The position numbers were made by a program, and so were the translations under genes. Shown one piece after another: positions 1 through 14,503 of a DNA stretch of 64,000 nt (its first letter is position 1; each line of letters opens with the position of its first letter). The notes below the pieces were generated by a model, which saw only the letters and a program-made list of their open reading frames with translations, searched no databases and was not told the DNA's origin. This stretch comes from Eledone cirrhosa (lineage: Eukaryota), in contig OZ024746.1 in the NCBI GenBank assembly GCA_964016885.1, forward strand, positions 27,714,001 through 27,778,000, read 5' to 3'.

Positions 1-39
1 GATTCCATGATATATAAATAATGAACATGATTCTATTGT

Positions 40-900
40 TAATATAAGATTCAGGCCGTGGGATGAAGGCTGAAGAAATGCACTTCAGATGAGATTGTAT
101 TTAGTTTGGACTGGAACGAGGTGTCTTTTTCAGTTGGTCACTAGATACGTTTTAAAATGTCTTGGTTATTAATGTTAATATTTGTAGATAATGCATAAAT
201 AGAATACAATAAAAACAATTGTTCAGAGGTTTATAACTCGGCATAAAGGCATAATCGAGTACTGGCATTAAGTAAGGGCTTGAAACACATGTATCCATTA
301 CCTTTACCCCGTTGTCGAGAGAGCTGCTATATGATCATAACTTAAAACAATCACAGTGACTACATCTATGTTTGTTTCCCATAAAGATGTTGTATATATG
401 TGCATGTACCCATTTATTGTAGATATGTCGTTCATAAATAGAGTAAATATAAAGGTTTGTAAAATGTCTCCTTGGGGAACACCATTGACAGTTAGGATGA
501 CATGAAATTTTGCCATTGTTGTAAGCAAATAAATATGGATTAGGTTTTTTAAAATTCTCTGGTATGACCTGTGCAAACCCCCTACCGGCTTCTGAAAAGT
601 AGGCCATTTTTTGTTTGGATTAAATAGAGCGAAAGATTGCTTTTTCAGACATTTCAGACATATTAGGAAGTTGAGAAAGTGGTCGATAGATCGAAAAGGA
701 ATTTTTGTTATCTATGTTGGGAAAGATTAATAATGCTAGCAATGTTTAATAGGTCAGTAGAAGGCGACACATTGTCTAAATATGGCCGATATCAATTTGT
801 AGAGGAATTGAGATCGTTTGTGAAAGTATGTCGAGCTATACGAGATAAATATTCATTACAATGTTCTAAGATTTGCTCCTGATTTTCAATCTCTCGACCA
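40..900 (-). mobile_element. Decayed CR1/L2-like non-LTR retrotransposon RT remnant
   Basis: Minus-strand translations give YRPLSQLPNMSEMSEK (~688-641; cf. YRPISLLP..SKI.EK) and GVPQGDILQTFIFTLFMNDIS (in ORF 304-576; cf. GVPQGSILGPLLF.LYINDI). Stops and deletions are present, and boundaries are approximate. Confidence 0.7.
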
Positions 901-2868
901 TTGTATGTATAGAATAATCAGGTGATTCTCTTATTCAGTGTCGATTCGTTTACTATTTATAGTTTGGTTGATAGTACGCCTCGCTTATTTGTATAATTTT
1001 TTTTTATATTTAGAAAATAATCTAGATTAATGGCTCGGTTCGTCATTTCGTATACACTTAATAATGAGTCGATTGTACGTTTGATTATATGTTTTTAAAC
1101 TTTTACTCCTCTGACTCCCTAGAAACTCAATTAAGATCTATTCTATATACAGGCATTCACTTATATTTCTAATCAAACTAACATTCTATGCATCATTCAG
1201 TGTTCTTTTGTTCATATTTCTATGCATGATGGGTATAATGAGATTATTAGCTTACTGTCAAAAAATATGAATAAAATAGTTACCATAGTGATATTAAAGC
1301 TTGTGGCAACAGTCATACAATAACAATTTATGTATATTTATTTAGTTGCCTTCAATGTACAAAATCCTGCCAGTTTACAAGTATACCATTCTTCTGTTTC
1401 TTGTTATCATTAAACGAATTATGACCCAGCCTGTATATTAAACTTATCAGTGTTTCACTGTGTTGTTAATCAATTGTTTCATCTCTTTCATAGTTGAAAG
1501 TCGCTATGCAGTATCAAATATTATCACTATTTATTTGTTGCCACAGATCTTTTTTTCTGCTGACGCATCTAATTTTGTCCGAATAGTCTCAAACCGGTTC
1601 ACCTTCAATTTATTGTGAACTGGTTTTGTTAACACACACACGCACGTACATCCACACACGCACACAAACATACACAATCGAATTCAAACAAGAGTAATGA
1701 TCAGAGAAACGTTTGAACTAAATTCACAAAGCTATGCTCATATTGATAGAAGACGTTTTGCAAAATACGTAGTAAATTAAGCTGGCATTTTCATCAAAGA
1801 ATCTTGTTGGCAACATGATTACGGGACCTAAATTATTGCCCATTAGTTTCGCAAAGCAGTTATAATACTTAGAACTTCTCTGCTAACAATCCAAACCAAA
1901 TCAATGTTAAAATCACCAGTGATGTCTAAATTTGCAAACTTATGAAAGATTTCATTCATATCATTTGGGACACGTTACAAATTACTAAAGATATACTTGT
2001 AAATTATAAAAAAGACAGAAACCAAATCGTGGATATTAATAACTACAAGATGCTTTATACATTATGAAATTATCTTTGCTATCGGTCATGATATACAATA
2101 ATATTTAGTCCATAATATGTTTATTTAAATTTTATTTCTTAGTCTTTCTCCATTAATTTACATTACATCGACAAAGTTGACGATGTTTTCGCATGGAAAA
2201 TAATTGTATTTTGTTGGGGTTACTGATGTTAGTAAATGGTGTGCATCGAGTTAATATCTAACGAAGCTGTTCTAGTGTAGAAGAGAATGCCATTATTCAT
2301 CGACCTCCGGAACTATATATCAGATGTAAATTTTAGGTATTAATTTTCCTAAGTGTCTGTGTTTCAATGCATGATCCCTAGACCCATTAGGCTTATACAT
2401 ATATGTCCTCCTTCGAGTCTTCTACTATTTATACAGACTCTGTTATTGAAAACGTCGTCTTTTCTAGTGATGATCTTAGGTGAAACTCCAGAGTAACATG
2501 ACATACCACTTAGCCATAATAATTCAATACAGTGCCATCCTAGAATAGAATAGAATTCGAAAATCGCATATGTGCTGGGCGGATTTAAACATGACTGCAT
2601 ATTACTCATAAAACTATTATAAAAAAATATTTAACGTTGACCATCACACACGAGTAGGAACCCATTAGTAACGTCATGCCAGAGCATCTCATTTCTCTGC
2701 TCACTTACCATATACTATATATTTCCCGGTTAAGACTAAAATCTCTTCTAATAATTTCGTCTGTGGATCTTCAACGTGAGTGCCAACATTTTCTGATCCG
2801 AGTCCTTTAACTTTTCATGTACTTCGGTCTTTAAATAATAATATACCATTTAATTTAAACACTTATTC

Positions 2869-2974
<106 letters not shown>

Positions 2975-3142
2975 AACAAGTAAACGAATCGAAAGCATCG
3001 AATCAATCAACACAGTACAACGAAGATATATATTAGTTTAACCCTTGATATTGTAGGAAAAGAGTCTTTAATGATAAATAAAATATGGAATAGAAAGATA
3101 AAGAGTAAAAGGAAGAAAGAACAGAAAAACTGTTTGAGAAAA

Positions 3143-3211
3143 AAGTACACATTTAGTGAGTTGTATATATATATATATATATATATATATACAACTCACT
3201 AAACGTGTACT
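3143..3211. repeat. Short inverted repeat flanking a (TA)n tract
   Basis: AGTACACATTTAGTGAGTTG-(TA)n-CAACTCACTAAACGTGTACT. Confidence 0.75.
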
Positions 3212-3249
3212 GTGAGTATGTGTGTGTGTTTATATATATACATATACAT

Positions 3250-3432
3250 ATATTGTTATACTTGGGGAGGGTCATATTTGTGTAATATTGCCAGAATTAA
3301 TAACAGAACACACTCACTGTTTGGTTGGTTTTTGGCAATATTACACAAATATGACCCTCCCCAAGTATAACAATATTTGTTTCGACACACGATTTCATAT
3401 AAAAAACCTCGCTAAACTAATTCATCGCCGCA
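3250..3432 (+). mobile_element. Fold-back insertion in (TA)n (43-bp inverted arms plus 3' tail); related fragment at 54497-54565
   Basis: TATTGTTATACTTGGGGAGGGTCATATTTGTGTAATATTGCCA (3251-3293) is inverted at 3333-3375. The same sequence recurs near 54497. Confidence 0.65.
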
Positions 3433-3477
3433 TATACATATATATATATATATATATAAACACACACACTCACACAC

Positions 3478-3511
<34 letters not shown>

Positions 3512-3873
3512 ATATGTACATATTTTATGGCTTCAACTCGATTTTGAATTATGCTATCGCTTGATACTTAAGCATGACGTGGCGTTTTAGTCCTGATAGG
3601 GACTTTCCTATAGCCAGCAATATTATGCATCACAAAAAATGTCACATATCAAGCGATGTCTATGCTTAAGGCTTTTTTAAGTGAGGAAAGGCTTTACACA
3701 GCGCAAAACCCACTCGCTGAAAATCGAATGTATTTGCCTCAACGGAAGAACTGGCCTATATCAATGGATGTAAATTAAATATCAGAGTTTTATATCAGAG
3801 TGACCTTCTACTAGAGAGATGTATTAATAAAGACTGAAGGTCTCTCGCTCCACAAAAAATCAAAAAATCTATA

Positions 3874-4055
3874 GGATGGCTGTTGACTCGCTTGAGCTTC
3901 TTCGTCCTTTGACGGGTTTTGTCTTTCGGTGTTTAAATTCACACTCCTCACTAAACAAGTTTGGTGGGGTTGCCGATTAAGTCTTCGACAAACCGATCAT
4001 GCGCAGGTTGTACTGGGTTACATGTTACCAGTAGCGCTGAAGTGCGACCTGACAT
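3874..4055 (-). mobile_element. 5' end fragment of the RTE-like short element family found at 61991-62581
   Basis: The reverse complement GTCAGGTCGC...CTACTGGTAACATGTAACCCAGTACAACCTG...GGCAACCCCACCAA...GAGTCAACAGCCATCC aligns by eye to 61991-62161. Confidence 0.7.
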
Positions 4056-4102
4056 AATGTATATATATATATACACACACACACACACAGACACACACAC
4101 AG

Positions 4103-4160
<58 letters not shown>

Positions 4161-4165
<5 letters not shown>

Positions 4166-4380
4166 GAAGTTTTAATATAGAAGAGCTTCTACTGGACTAG
4201 AACTGTTTCATTCGTGAGAAATCATCAGGGAGCTGGCTGTCCAAGTAAGTGGTGGTATTTATATCTTTTCATTTTCTTTTCTGGTGGTAGGAGAGGGTGG
4301 GGATTGGGATGGGTAGATGTGTATTTATGTATGTATATGTGTACGTATGAATGTGTGTGTGCGTGTGTATGCATGAGAGC

Positions 4381-4431
<51 letters not shown>

Positions 4432-5078
4432 TATGTATGTACATATATATATATGTATATATGTATATATATGTATATATTTGTATATATGTATGTGTGT
4501 AAGTACCATTATGTATTTTTGTTGTCTGTGTGCCTGCCTGTGTGTGCACGCGTGTATGTGTGTGTACATGTGTAATTGGGCGCGTGTGTGAATGAACTCT
4601 TATATATTAAGAGAAACTTCACAATAAGGTTAATCACCCCAACACTTGAATCTGTTGATGGAACCCTTTCTGCCTTTGTCACCCTTATTTCAGCCTTAAA
4701 GAATTATCTTCTACAGAATTTCCCTTTTCTTTAAACCATTGAACCCCACCCATCCTGTAGACACCTGTCTTACAGGCATTGTTAGTCTAATTGATAAACA
4801 AGGATTGGTATTCCAAATTTGAATTTGTTTACAGTATTCTTTCTGCCATTGTTAATATTATAGCATTAAAGAATTAGCTTTTAATGAACTCCATTTTCTT
4901 TAAATCCTTCAACCAATGACCTCCACCCATCCCAATCCACACCCTCTCCTACCACCAGAAAACAAAATGAAAATATATAAATACTACCACTTACTTGGAC
5001 AGCCAGCTTCCTGATGATTTCTCACGAATGAAACAGTACTAGTCCCGTAGAAGTTCTTCTATATTAAAACTTTTATAC
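4161..5078 (+). mobile_element. Penelope-like pLTR with inverted partial copy and degenerate hammerhead motif
   Basis: 4161-4318 is the reverse complement of ~4921-5077. The plus copy has CTGATGA-tttctcacgaat-GAAAC-agtactaGTC at 5011-5044. Confidence 0.6.
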
Positions 5079-5103
5079 TCTGCTATGTATTTAAATATAT
5101 AAA

Positions 5104-5182
5104 TAATTGTTTCTATTTTTGGCACAAGGCCAGCAATTACCCAGTGTATTACTGGTACTTTATTTTATCGACCCCTTAAGGA
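5104..5182 (-). mobile_element. Partial tRNA-derived SINE (Meta-SINE-like central domain)
   Basis: Matches the 3' half of the SINE copies at 44049-44440 (GGGGTCGATAAAATAAAGTACCAGT...GCTGGCCTTGTGCC). Confidence 0.8.
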
Positions 5183-5704
5183 TTAAATATATAAATATAT
5201 AAGGATTAAATATATAAGGATTAAATATATAAATAATGATAGTAATATATAACGGAAATAATATTATTTGAAGCTTGATCTAAAAAAAAGAAACAAAGAT
5301 ATTTTCGGTTAAGAAAATATATTATGAGAACTTCAACATTATATTTCAAAATAATACTTCAATTATATTTGACTCTGAAAGATATCTTAACATAAGTACT
5401 GCACTGTTGAATATGCACTAAATGGCATGTGTAAGAATGATTTCAACATGTCACATTTCCATTAGTGAGAGAGCGATAGGCTTGAATAAAATGAAATAAA
5501 AATAAAATACAGAGAAAATCTAAAATTATTTCTTTAAATATGAAATAGAGTGGGCTTAGGTTATTATATAACAAGCTCGCTTAATTTAATGTTCTGGAAA
5601 TATATGTTTAAATTTTCTTTGCTAGCAAAATTTACCCCCCCCCCCCTCCTCACATTGAATGAAAGTTAGATGGTGGTAAAAGTTTCAAAATCTCCGTGAA
5701 AGTA

Positions 5705-5784
<80 letters not shown>

Positions 5785-6326
5785 TGTTCTCAATACATAC
5801 CAATATTGGTTTCGAGTGGTATCAATAAATCAATATATCTCTGTAATGAAATTTGACATTAATATAATTGGTATATTACGTTATATATAACTATTTACAT
5901 TCTAAATAAATAAACCAAAAATACATAAAGGAGACAGTAACAGTAATATAATTGGTATATTACATTATTTAAAACTACGTCTTATTAAAAATATATTTAT
6001 GTATCTTAGAAAATTACATGCAACAAAATATCAGCAATGCAATTCAAGTTATGTTTTTATTTGTATAAAATTTCCTATATTGTCAAGAAACCTGTAATTG
6101 TATCTTATTTGTTTGGCTACTTCACTATTAAACTATGATCTGTTAAGGTTTCTGCTTTTGTTCGTCGTTTTTTTCGTTTTTGCTTTCTGTTTTTCCCTTT
6201 AATTTCTCTGAAATAATATTTTCATAAATATATAAGTAAAGTTGAAACACTTTTCATACATTTTTTTTTCGCATACGTACACACAAACACATACCCTCTC
6301 ACATATAAACACACACACACACACAC

Positions 6327-6418
<92 letters not shown>

Positions 6419-6432
6419 CATAGATTGAGTTA

Positions 6433-6472
<40 letters not shown>

Positions 6473-6840
6473 GAAAGTGAGGTTTTTTTACAAAATGAAA
6501 AATAACCGCGGTGTCCTACACGAGTGAAAGTATAAAGAAAATAAGATGAAATCGAAAATGCAACTGAAGTCTTATTTAAAAAAAATATATATATTTATTT
6601 GGTTCCTTTACCGGTTTCGCAGTTCTTCTGCTTTTCAAAACTAGAGTTGAGATGGAGGGTCTGTGGTTTTTCTCATATATATATATATATATATATATAC
6701 ATAAGGAAAAAAGAGGCAATCGAAAATGCAACTGGAGTATTTTTTTAAAAACAATATATATTTATTTGGTTCCTTTACAGGTTTCGCAGTTCTTCTGCTT
6801 TTCAAAAGTAGAATTGAGATGGAGGGTTTGTGGTTTTTCT

Positions 6841-6841
<1 letters not shown>
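6473..6841 (-). mobile_element. Two tandem copies (6473-6677, 6704-6841) of a short pLTR-like element with a U3-A8 variant hammerhead
   Basis: Minus strand reads TTGAAAA-GCAG-aagaa-CTGC-GAAAC-CG-GTA-aagg...AATAAA. The copies are separated and flanked by (TA)n/(CA)n and belong to the same family as 10883-11243. Confidence 0.7.
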
Positions 6842-6896
<55 letters not shown>

Positions 6897-6898
<2 letters not shown>

Positions 6899-7306
6899 AA
6901 AGAATAGAGGTGTAACACACAAGTTATGCTATATTGGTAAACGGAATAGAAAATGCTGACAAATTGTTCACAGTGAAAAATAGTTTAATTAGGAATAAGT
7001 GAGAATTAGTAATAGTATTGGTTAGTATTCAGTTTTGGTTTTAAGCTTTACCGGTTGCGCATTTCTAATGCTTTTCAAAAATAATTTTGAGATAGAGCGT
7101 CCGTGATGTTTGCTCTGATCTGAGCAAACATCACGGACGCTCTATCTCAAAATTATTTTTGTAAAGCATTAGAAATGCACAACCGGTAAAGCTTAAAACC
7201 AAAACTGAATACTAACCAATACTATTACTAATTCTCACTTATTCCTAATTAAACTATTTTTCACTGTGAACAATCTGTCAGCATTTTCTATTCCGTTTAC
7301 CAATAT
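6897..7306. mobile_element. ~375-bp near-perfect palindrome (6931-7306), fold-back insertion related to the U3-A8 family
   Basis: The arms meet at TGCTC-tgatct-GAGCA (~7111-7126). The left arm, read on the minus strand, gives TTGAAAA-GCATT-aga-AATGC-GCAAC-CG-GTA. Confidence 0.8.
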
Positions 7307-7525
7307 ATATATATATATATATATATTTTGCTGTTAGGCTTCTTGGGGGTTTTGTGCTTTTAAAAAATTATATTACGCATAATGTAATGCCGTTTACAAT
7401 TCATATGTGAAAAAAGCAGCTCTTGTTTGCTGGCGGCTTGGCTTTATGTAAGCTTGCATTATTCGAACTTATTTATAAGTCAGCCCTTTTAACAACCCTA
7501 CCATCTTCCCATAAATATATGCTGT

Positions 7526-8568
7526 ATAATATTATTTTGCTAAAATACTGCTATGCACACATACACCCCCGTATTAAAATAGCCGCAGGAGATCGAACCT
7601 ACTAACTGAAAAACCTGTTTGGTATTGATTATAATAAACCACTATCGATTGCACTAGGTTATATTATTCAATAGACCTCTATGAGAAATTTCACGAAACG
7701 ATTTGCAGGTCATCATATGTGACACGTATGAAAGATTTTGAGAATAACATTACTTTTAAAAGCCAAGAAAGTATTTTCAAGTAATCATCTATGACGTAAA
7801 ATTGCATGAGTATGCATATGTTTGACATATATGAGTATGCATATATGTTTGACTTATACCATGCTGAAACCTTCGTATTTATAAATCCGAACTTATCGTT
7901 GGGTTAAATCTATCTTTAGGACTATAATCAAAGTTGCCTTTATGATATTTTCGTGTAATAGTTCTTAAATACATTTTTTGCTATCTTAGTTTGTTTTGAA
8001 GCTGTGTTGTGAACCTGTCTTTTGTGTTTCTGTCGTGATTTATTTCTATATATTTCCGTTCATTTTTCTGTAATAACCCGTTGATAACGAAGGTGTTAAA
8101 AATATCTTATCTTAGCTCGACATAACTGTCTTGTATTGTCAGCAAGTGCAAACGCGATTTTCAAAGATAATTCATACATCTAAAGTTGGATTATATATAG
8201 GAACGTATTAATATTTTATGCCTCTTAATTTTATCCTCATGATTAAATTAAGATCATTTTTCGAATGTATCAAAGACTGGTTTCTGTTGTGCAGTGGGAA
8301 TTTTAGGAATAAGAAATTCTCAGGTCATATTTCACTCGTTTGGTATTCTTATCACGATTATTCTAAAAGTAAATCTTCTGTAGCGTACATTTCTTCACAC
8401 TTTTATGTCTTTTGATGAATATATTTAAATATATTTTCCAGAAGTATGTAAAATAATTTCCATTTAATTCCGTTCTGTTCAGCATAACTCAGTTCAGTTC
8501 TTACCTGCGGCTACTTTAATCCGGGATTGGATGGGTACATAGCGGTATTTTCGCAAAATAATATTATA
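7526..8568. mobile_element. Old non-autonomous DNA transposon/MITE with ~70-bp imperfect TIRs
   Basis: ATAATATTATTTTGCTAAAATACTGCTATG...ATTAAAATAGCCGCAGG (7526-7589) versus CCTGCGGCTACTTTAAT...CATAGCGGTATTTTCGCAAAATAATATTAT (8504-8567). Confidence 0.6.
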
Positions 8569-9119
8569 GGCAAATTCTATTTATCAATGACAAAATGGAA
8601 AATAAAATAAATAAACGAGGAGAAAAAAAAATGTACACATTCAATTGAACCGTGCGGACAAGGTGATACACTGTTTGTCACGAAGTACAGCCAGTGATAT
8701 ACATTGCATCAGTCATTCACACACACGGAAGACATTACTCAGGCATTATGCACTCGTCTTGATTTAGAGAAAACAAAATACGGCAACTCAAGAACCGGAG
8801 ATCTCAATTGTGACCAGTACACATCCTCAACGGAAGGTGATCTTTCTCTTATTTGTACTGCGAGAGGCGGACATCCTTGTACTTAGTCAATAAGATGTGC
8901 TTGACAGAAACGTAAATCGCTCGCGCTCCAACGATATAAAATGGTTAAAATGTATTCAAACAAATGTCCCTCATGTAACATTGGCGGTCGATTTGATAAA
9001 GCCGTTAAATGAAATCATCAGGTTTTATCAGCTTGTACAGCATTAATAAAATCGCACTATCAGCATAGTTGACATCAATGATATATATACATAGATATAT
9101 ATACATATATATATATGTA

Positions 9120-9184
<65 letters not shown>

Positions 9185-9209
9185 ATATGTATATATATAT
9201 ATATATGTA

Positions 9210-9240
<31 letters not shown>

Positions 9241-9242
9241 GC

Positions 9243-9274
<32 letters not shown>

Positions 9275-9399
9275 GCATATGTATATGTATATAAATGCGA
9301 TGAAATACCAATGATCGTTGGCAAATCACTGATGAGGGACTCATTTTATAACATGCAATCCATGTGCAACCATGCAGTATTCTTCTCCCCATATTTTTC

Positions 9400-9480
<81 letters not shown>

Positions 9481-9482
<2 letters not shown>

Positions 9483-9706
9483 ACAAGACCGCCGGCCCCT
9501 ATCCCAACTACCAGCAACAAGTTTTATCCACCATGCACCTACTCAACGCCTCGCCAATCCAAGCCCCCACCTCCAATAACATCCTCGTCTGTACACTCCG
9601 CACCTCTACCATCAACTTCCTCTCTAAACTAAACGACTCCGGACCATTGGCGTCCCTGTTGTCTTCACCTGTAATTGCCCCCACCGAACGCATTTCCGCC
9701 TACCTC
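9481..9706 (+). pseudogene. Penelope-like element reverse transcriptase fragment (N-terminal RT region)
   Basis: With frameshifts it reads [11 protein letters not shown]...[17 protein letters not shown]...[20 protein letters not shown], cf. the PLE motif PRT..FY.LPKIHK..PGRPIVS.C.CPTE.IS.YLD. It starts immediately after a (TA)n tract. Confidence 0.65.
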
Positions 9707-10727
9707 TGTGCGGCCTTACAGCATGTGGCGGGTTTGTATTTCATTACTGCAGGAGTTAGTGGCTAGCAGTGGCGGACTGGGTCTAAAAATATTGGTTACC
9801 AGGAGATGAAGGCGGCCCACCTACATATAGAATGCTATCATTTAATTTTTATAATGAATAAATAACATTTTCGAAAAATACATAGTGGAAACAAAACAGT
9901 GCAATCATATCTTTGCGGAAAAATATCTTACCTTCCCCAATAAAAAATATGATGTATTTTGCGAAATCCTCAATAATGACCAGAAGTCGACCCTAAATAT
10001 TACTAATATCTCTAAGAAAGCCATGAGCGCCACCACATCTTTTAAATTTTGATTTTGAAAGTAGTTTTATAATTATAAATTTTAATTATACTTTCGTAGT
10101 TGTCTCGGTGGCCTACTTGGAGGAATCATAGACGGCGGTGATCCTGGTCTGTAGTTCGGTCCTGGTTGGGAGTAGGGCTACCGGTAAAACTTTTCAGTTT
10201 TTTTCTATGGGTTGTAAAATAAAAAATGAAAAAAGGATTGAACCCAAGGCCAGGACCACCATTGTCTCTAGTACTTATCGCTAGTCCACTGAAACAACTA
10301 CGAGAATCTCAGGAAAATTCATACTTATAAACCTACTTTCAAAATTTTCAAAACAAATAATGCGGTGTTATTCATGTCTTTCTTAATGTTATTGCTCCTA
10401 CTTAAGGTCGATATCTAAATCATTTTGCTGTTCCATAAACTACATCCTCGTTTTGTTTCACATCTATCTAGACTACATTTTAACCTGCAATCCATGTTTC
10501 CATGCAATCATTTCTGTTCCACCTCATTTCTCCCCCACCTCTCTTCTCTCATTCTCCCCCATCCCCTCTCTCCCTCCCCCCTTTCTCTTTCTCTTTCTCT
10601 CTGTGATATTTGAATCTACTATGATTTGTGGTTACTTTATTCCTATATATATGTTTTTACATGTCAGTTAGATTCAAACTTGCAATGATTTTCATTATAT
10701 ATATATAACTCTGCTTCGTAGAATCCA

Positions 10728-10822
10728 GGCATATCTGAGGATTTTGCGATTTCAGAGTCAGGTTTGATCACTGCATCGATCGTGCCTCGAGCTGGTCGCC
10801 AGAGAAACGATTGTAATATGTC
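10728..10822 (+). ncRNA. Type I hammerhead ribozyme motif (long stem II) in a short element (10707-10870) between (TA)n tracts
   Basis: Stem I GGCATAT/ATATGTC, core CTGAGGA, stem II TTTTGCGATT...GGTCGCCAGA, GAAAC-GATT-GTA, with AATAAA directly downstream. Confidence 0.7.
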
Positions 10823-10882
10823 TAATAAATCTTATTCGTCGCACCACTGATTCTCCGTTTCTTATGTGATATATATATATAT

Positions 10883-11367
<485 letters not shown>

Positions 11368-11596
11368 GGACGGACTAGGTAAAAAATGTTGGTTGCCAGA
11401 TGAAGGGTGCCCAACTATATATAGAATGCTATCATTTAATTTTTATAATAAATAAATAACAAAAATACATAAGTGGAAACAAAACTGTAATCAAATTTTT
11501 GCGGAAAATATCTTACCTTATCGAATAAAAAATATTACGTATTTTGCGATATCCAGTGACTTTCAATAATGACCTTTAGTCTTTCACACTCACTCA

Positions 11597-11730
<134 letters not shown>

Positions 11731-11755
11731 GTATGTGTGTATGTGTCTGTGTGTG

Positions 11756-11832
<77 letters not shown>

Positions 11833-12438
11833 GCGTATATGCTTGTGTATCTGTGTCTATATATGTGTGTTTGCATGCATGAATGAATACACTAAGCTTT
11901 AGATTTAGTAGACTGTACAACCACTGATTCAAGCTATTTGCAGTATCATATATTTTGATTTCTAGTAATTCCCTCGGGAATTGGTTGACCAAATGCTTTG
12001 CTTAATTGTTTTATTTATTTTTAACAAAATTTCATTCTTTCTCTTAGATTTCACGTATTTATTGAAAGCAAAGAATTGTCCTCTAAAATACTACATTGGG
12101 TCCTGCAATGCCACAGTGGGCCCCCTGGGGCCCACTTGCCATTGGTTAACCTGGCACCCTGGCCAGTCCGCCATTTGTGGCTAGGTTTTCTAGCTTCAGA
12201 CGTTTTTATGACAAAATTGTTCAAATAATTTCACAGTCAAAAACCTGCATTGTTACAACAAAAAATACACTTTCAAAAACCAATGCTTCATAAAAATTAG
12301 ATATATTTCTGTGTGTGTGTGTGTGTTTGTATCAGTGTGTCTGTATAAGTGTGTGCGTGCGTGTTTGTCTATGTAAGTATGTGAGCGAAATCGAGGAAAA
12401 AAGCCAATCATGTACAAACCTAAAATATATAATATAAA

Positions 12439-12616
12439 AATTGTTTCTATTTTAGGCACAAGGCCAGCAATTACTCAGTACATTACTGGTACTTTATTTT
12501 ATCGACCCCGTAAGGATGAAAGGCAAAGTTAACCTCGGCCTGATTTGAATTCAGATCGTAAAGGGACGTAACTATGCTGGAAAGCCTGGCGTCAGACCCT
12601 CTACCGATACTGCCAA
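12439..12616 (-). mobile_element. tRNA-derived SINE (Meta-SINE-like)
   Basis: The reverse complement has an A-box-like TTGGCAGTATCGG, a B-box-like GAATTCAAATC and the central GCCGAGGTTAACTTTGCCTTTCATCCTTACGGGGTCGATAAA. Confidence 0.85.
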
Positions 12617-12782
12617 TATATATGTATGTGTGTCATGTATGTATATACATATAATTCAAATATAAACACGACAAACATAGATGCAAAAACACAGTCTTAT
12701 GTTCATGCATTAGAAACCGAAGCATATACAGTCAGAATTCACACTCACACATATTCACACCTCATACACACAAACACACACT

Positions 12783-12818
<36 letters not shown>

Positions 12819-13120
12819 CAAAAGAGATCGATATATAATATGTAATAATCTTGTAGCCTCTATGAAAGAATTACAGCTAAAAATCCAAGGTCTCAAAGCT
12901 CTCCATACTGCCAATATCATGTATATATCTATTTATATATAGATATGTTGATACAAACTTTTCTTCCGCTCCATTTCCAACTTTTCAAGTTATTAGTTTT
13001 GTCAGAGAAACATATTCTCGGAGCTAAACTATTTTAATACTTGTAAATCATAATATATGTTCCAGTTTAGTTATATTTAAATACCTTTCTATGTCTTCAT
13101 TCCTTCTGGTTTATTTCCAA

Positions 13121-13310
13121 GGTGCATTTGGCAGTATCGGTAGAGGGTCTGACCTTATACTTTGCAGCAAAGAGTTACGGTCCTTTATGGTCTGAGTTCA
13201 AATACCGCCGAGGTTAACTTTGCCTTTCATCCTTACGGGGTCGATAAAATAGCGTACCAGTAATGCACTGGAATAATTGCTGGCCTTGTGCCAAAAGTAA
13301 AAACAATTAA
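13121..13310 (+). mobile_element. tRNA-derived SINE (Meta-SINE-like)
   Basis: TTGGCAGTATCGGTAGAG...GAGTTCAAATACCGCCGAGGTTAACTTTGCCTTTCATCCTTACGGGGTCGATAAA...GCTGGCCTTGTGCC. Confidence 0.85.
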
Positions 13311-13954
13311 TAATACCCATAGGATTATACTACGTATATTGTATATACCAACACTTTTTTTTTGTTTTCTCTGTGTGTGCCCTTTGATTTGTAATGTGTG
13401 TATTGTTTTTTCTGATATATATCATTGATAAAGAATACGAGCCGAATATCTCCAGACAAACACACACACACATATATATATATATATACATGCATACATA
13501 CACACACACACACAAACACATATATATACATTCATACATATATACACACACACTCACACACACACATGCAAACACACACACGCACACGTTTAACGTCCAT
13601 CTTCCACGGATCTTTTTTTCTTACACCATACCTTGAAAGTTCAGGCTATAAAAAGGAAATAAGACAACTGAAATTATGCCTCCTCAGAAGTCATAACCTT
13701 GAAAATAACTTTTTCCTAAATTTGCCTCCATTTTAATATTTCCGTTATTATTAATACAATCTCTGAATACCGCCGAGGAAGCCTCAAACTATGAATATGT
13801 TATCATCAGAACACAAAATGGTGTAGAGAAGAACACTTTGTCACACCCCCATATACACTCACACACGCACTATATATCTCCCTCGCTCTCTGCACACACA
13901 TATATATACGTGTATGTATATATATATATTTATATATGTATATTTATATTTATG

Positions 13955-13985
<31 letters not shown>

Positions 13986-14027
13986 GTATATACACATTTA
14001 ATATTGTTGTATATGTACACCCCCCCC

Positions 14028-14076
<49 letters not shown>

Positions 14077-14456
14077 GTGTTTACTGCATTTCTATTTTGT
14101 TTGAATAGAAATTTCATCGTCCTGAGACAAAATTACGTGCGTTTATGTCGTTTAATATAAAGTGTTCGTACGTAACCCAGTCTGTTTGCTTATGATTCCG
14201 TGAGTGTGTGTGTATATATGTTTACATCAATATATAATTATGTTTGTCTGTATCTGTATGTGTATATGGCTGTTTCGTTTTATTGGAATTTAGCTGAAGC
14301 TGAATATATGTTTATTTTCGAAAATTGATTTTTTTTTCTCGCTTTTGTCTTTATTTACTTTTTTCGAGGAAAATGAAAATTTCATGTCGAAGATGTATAA
14401 TCTTTTTTTTTCTTTCTCTCTCTCTCTCCCCCTCTCTCCATCTCTCTCTCTCTCTC

Positions 14457-14503
<47 letters not shown>

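Noticed and set aside
6931-7306. Idea that all palindromes are sequencing or assembly chimeras
   Set aside because: The arms carry substitutions, recur as families with different arm lengths, and have a consistent tail architecture. Long-read confirmation is still advisable.
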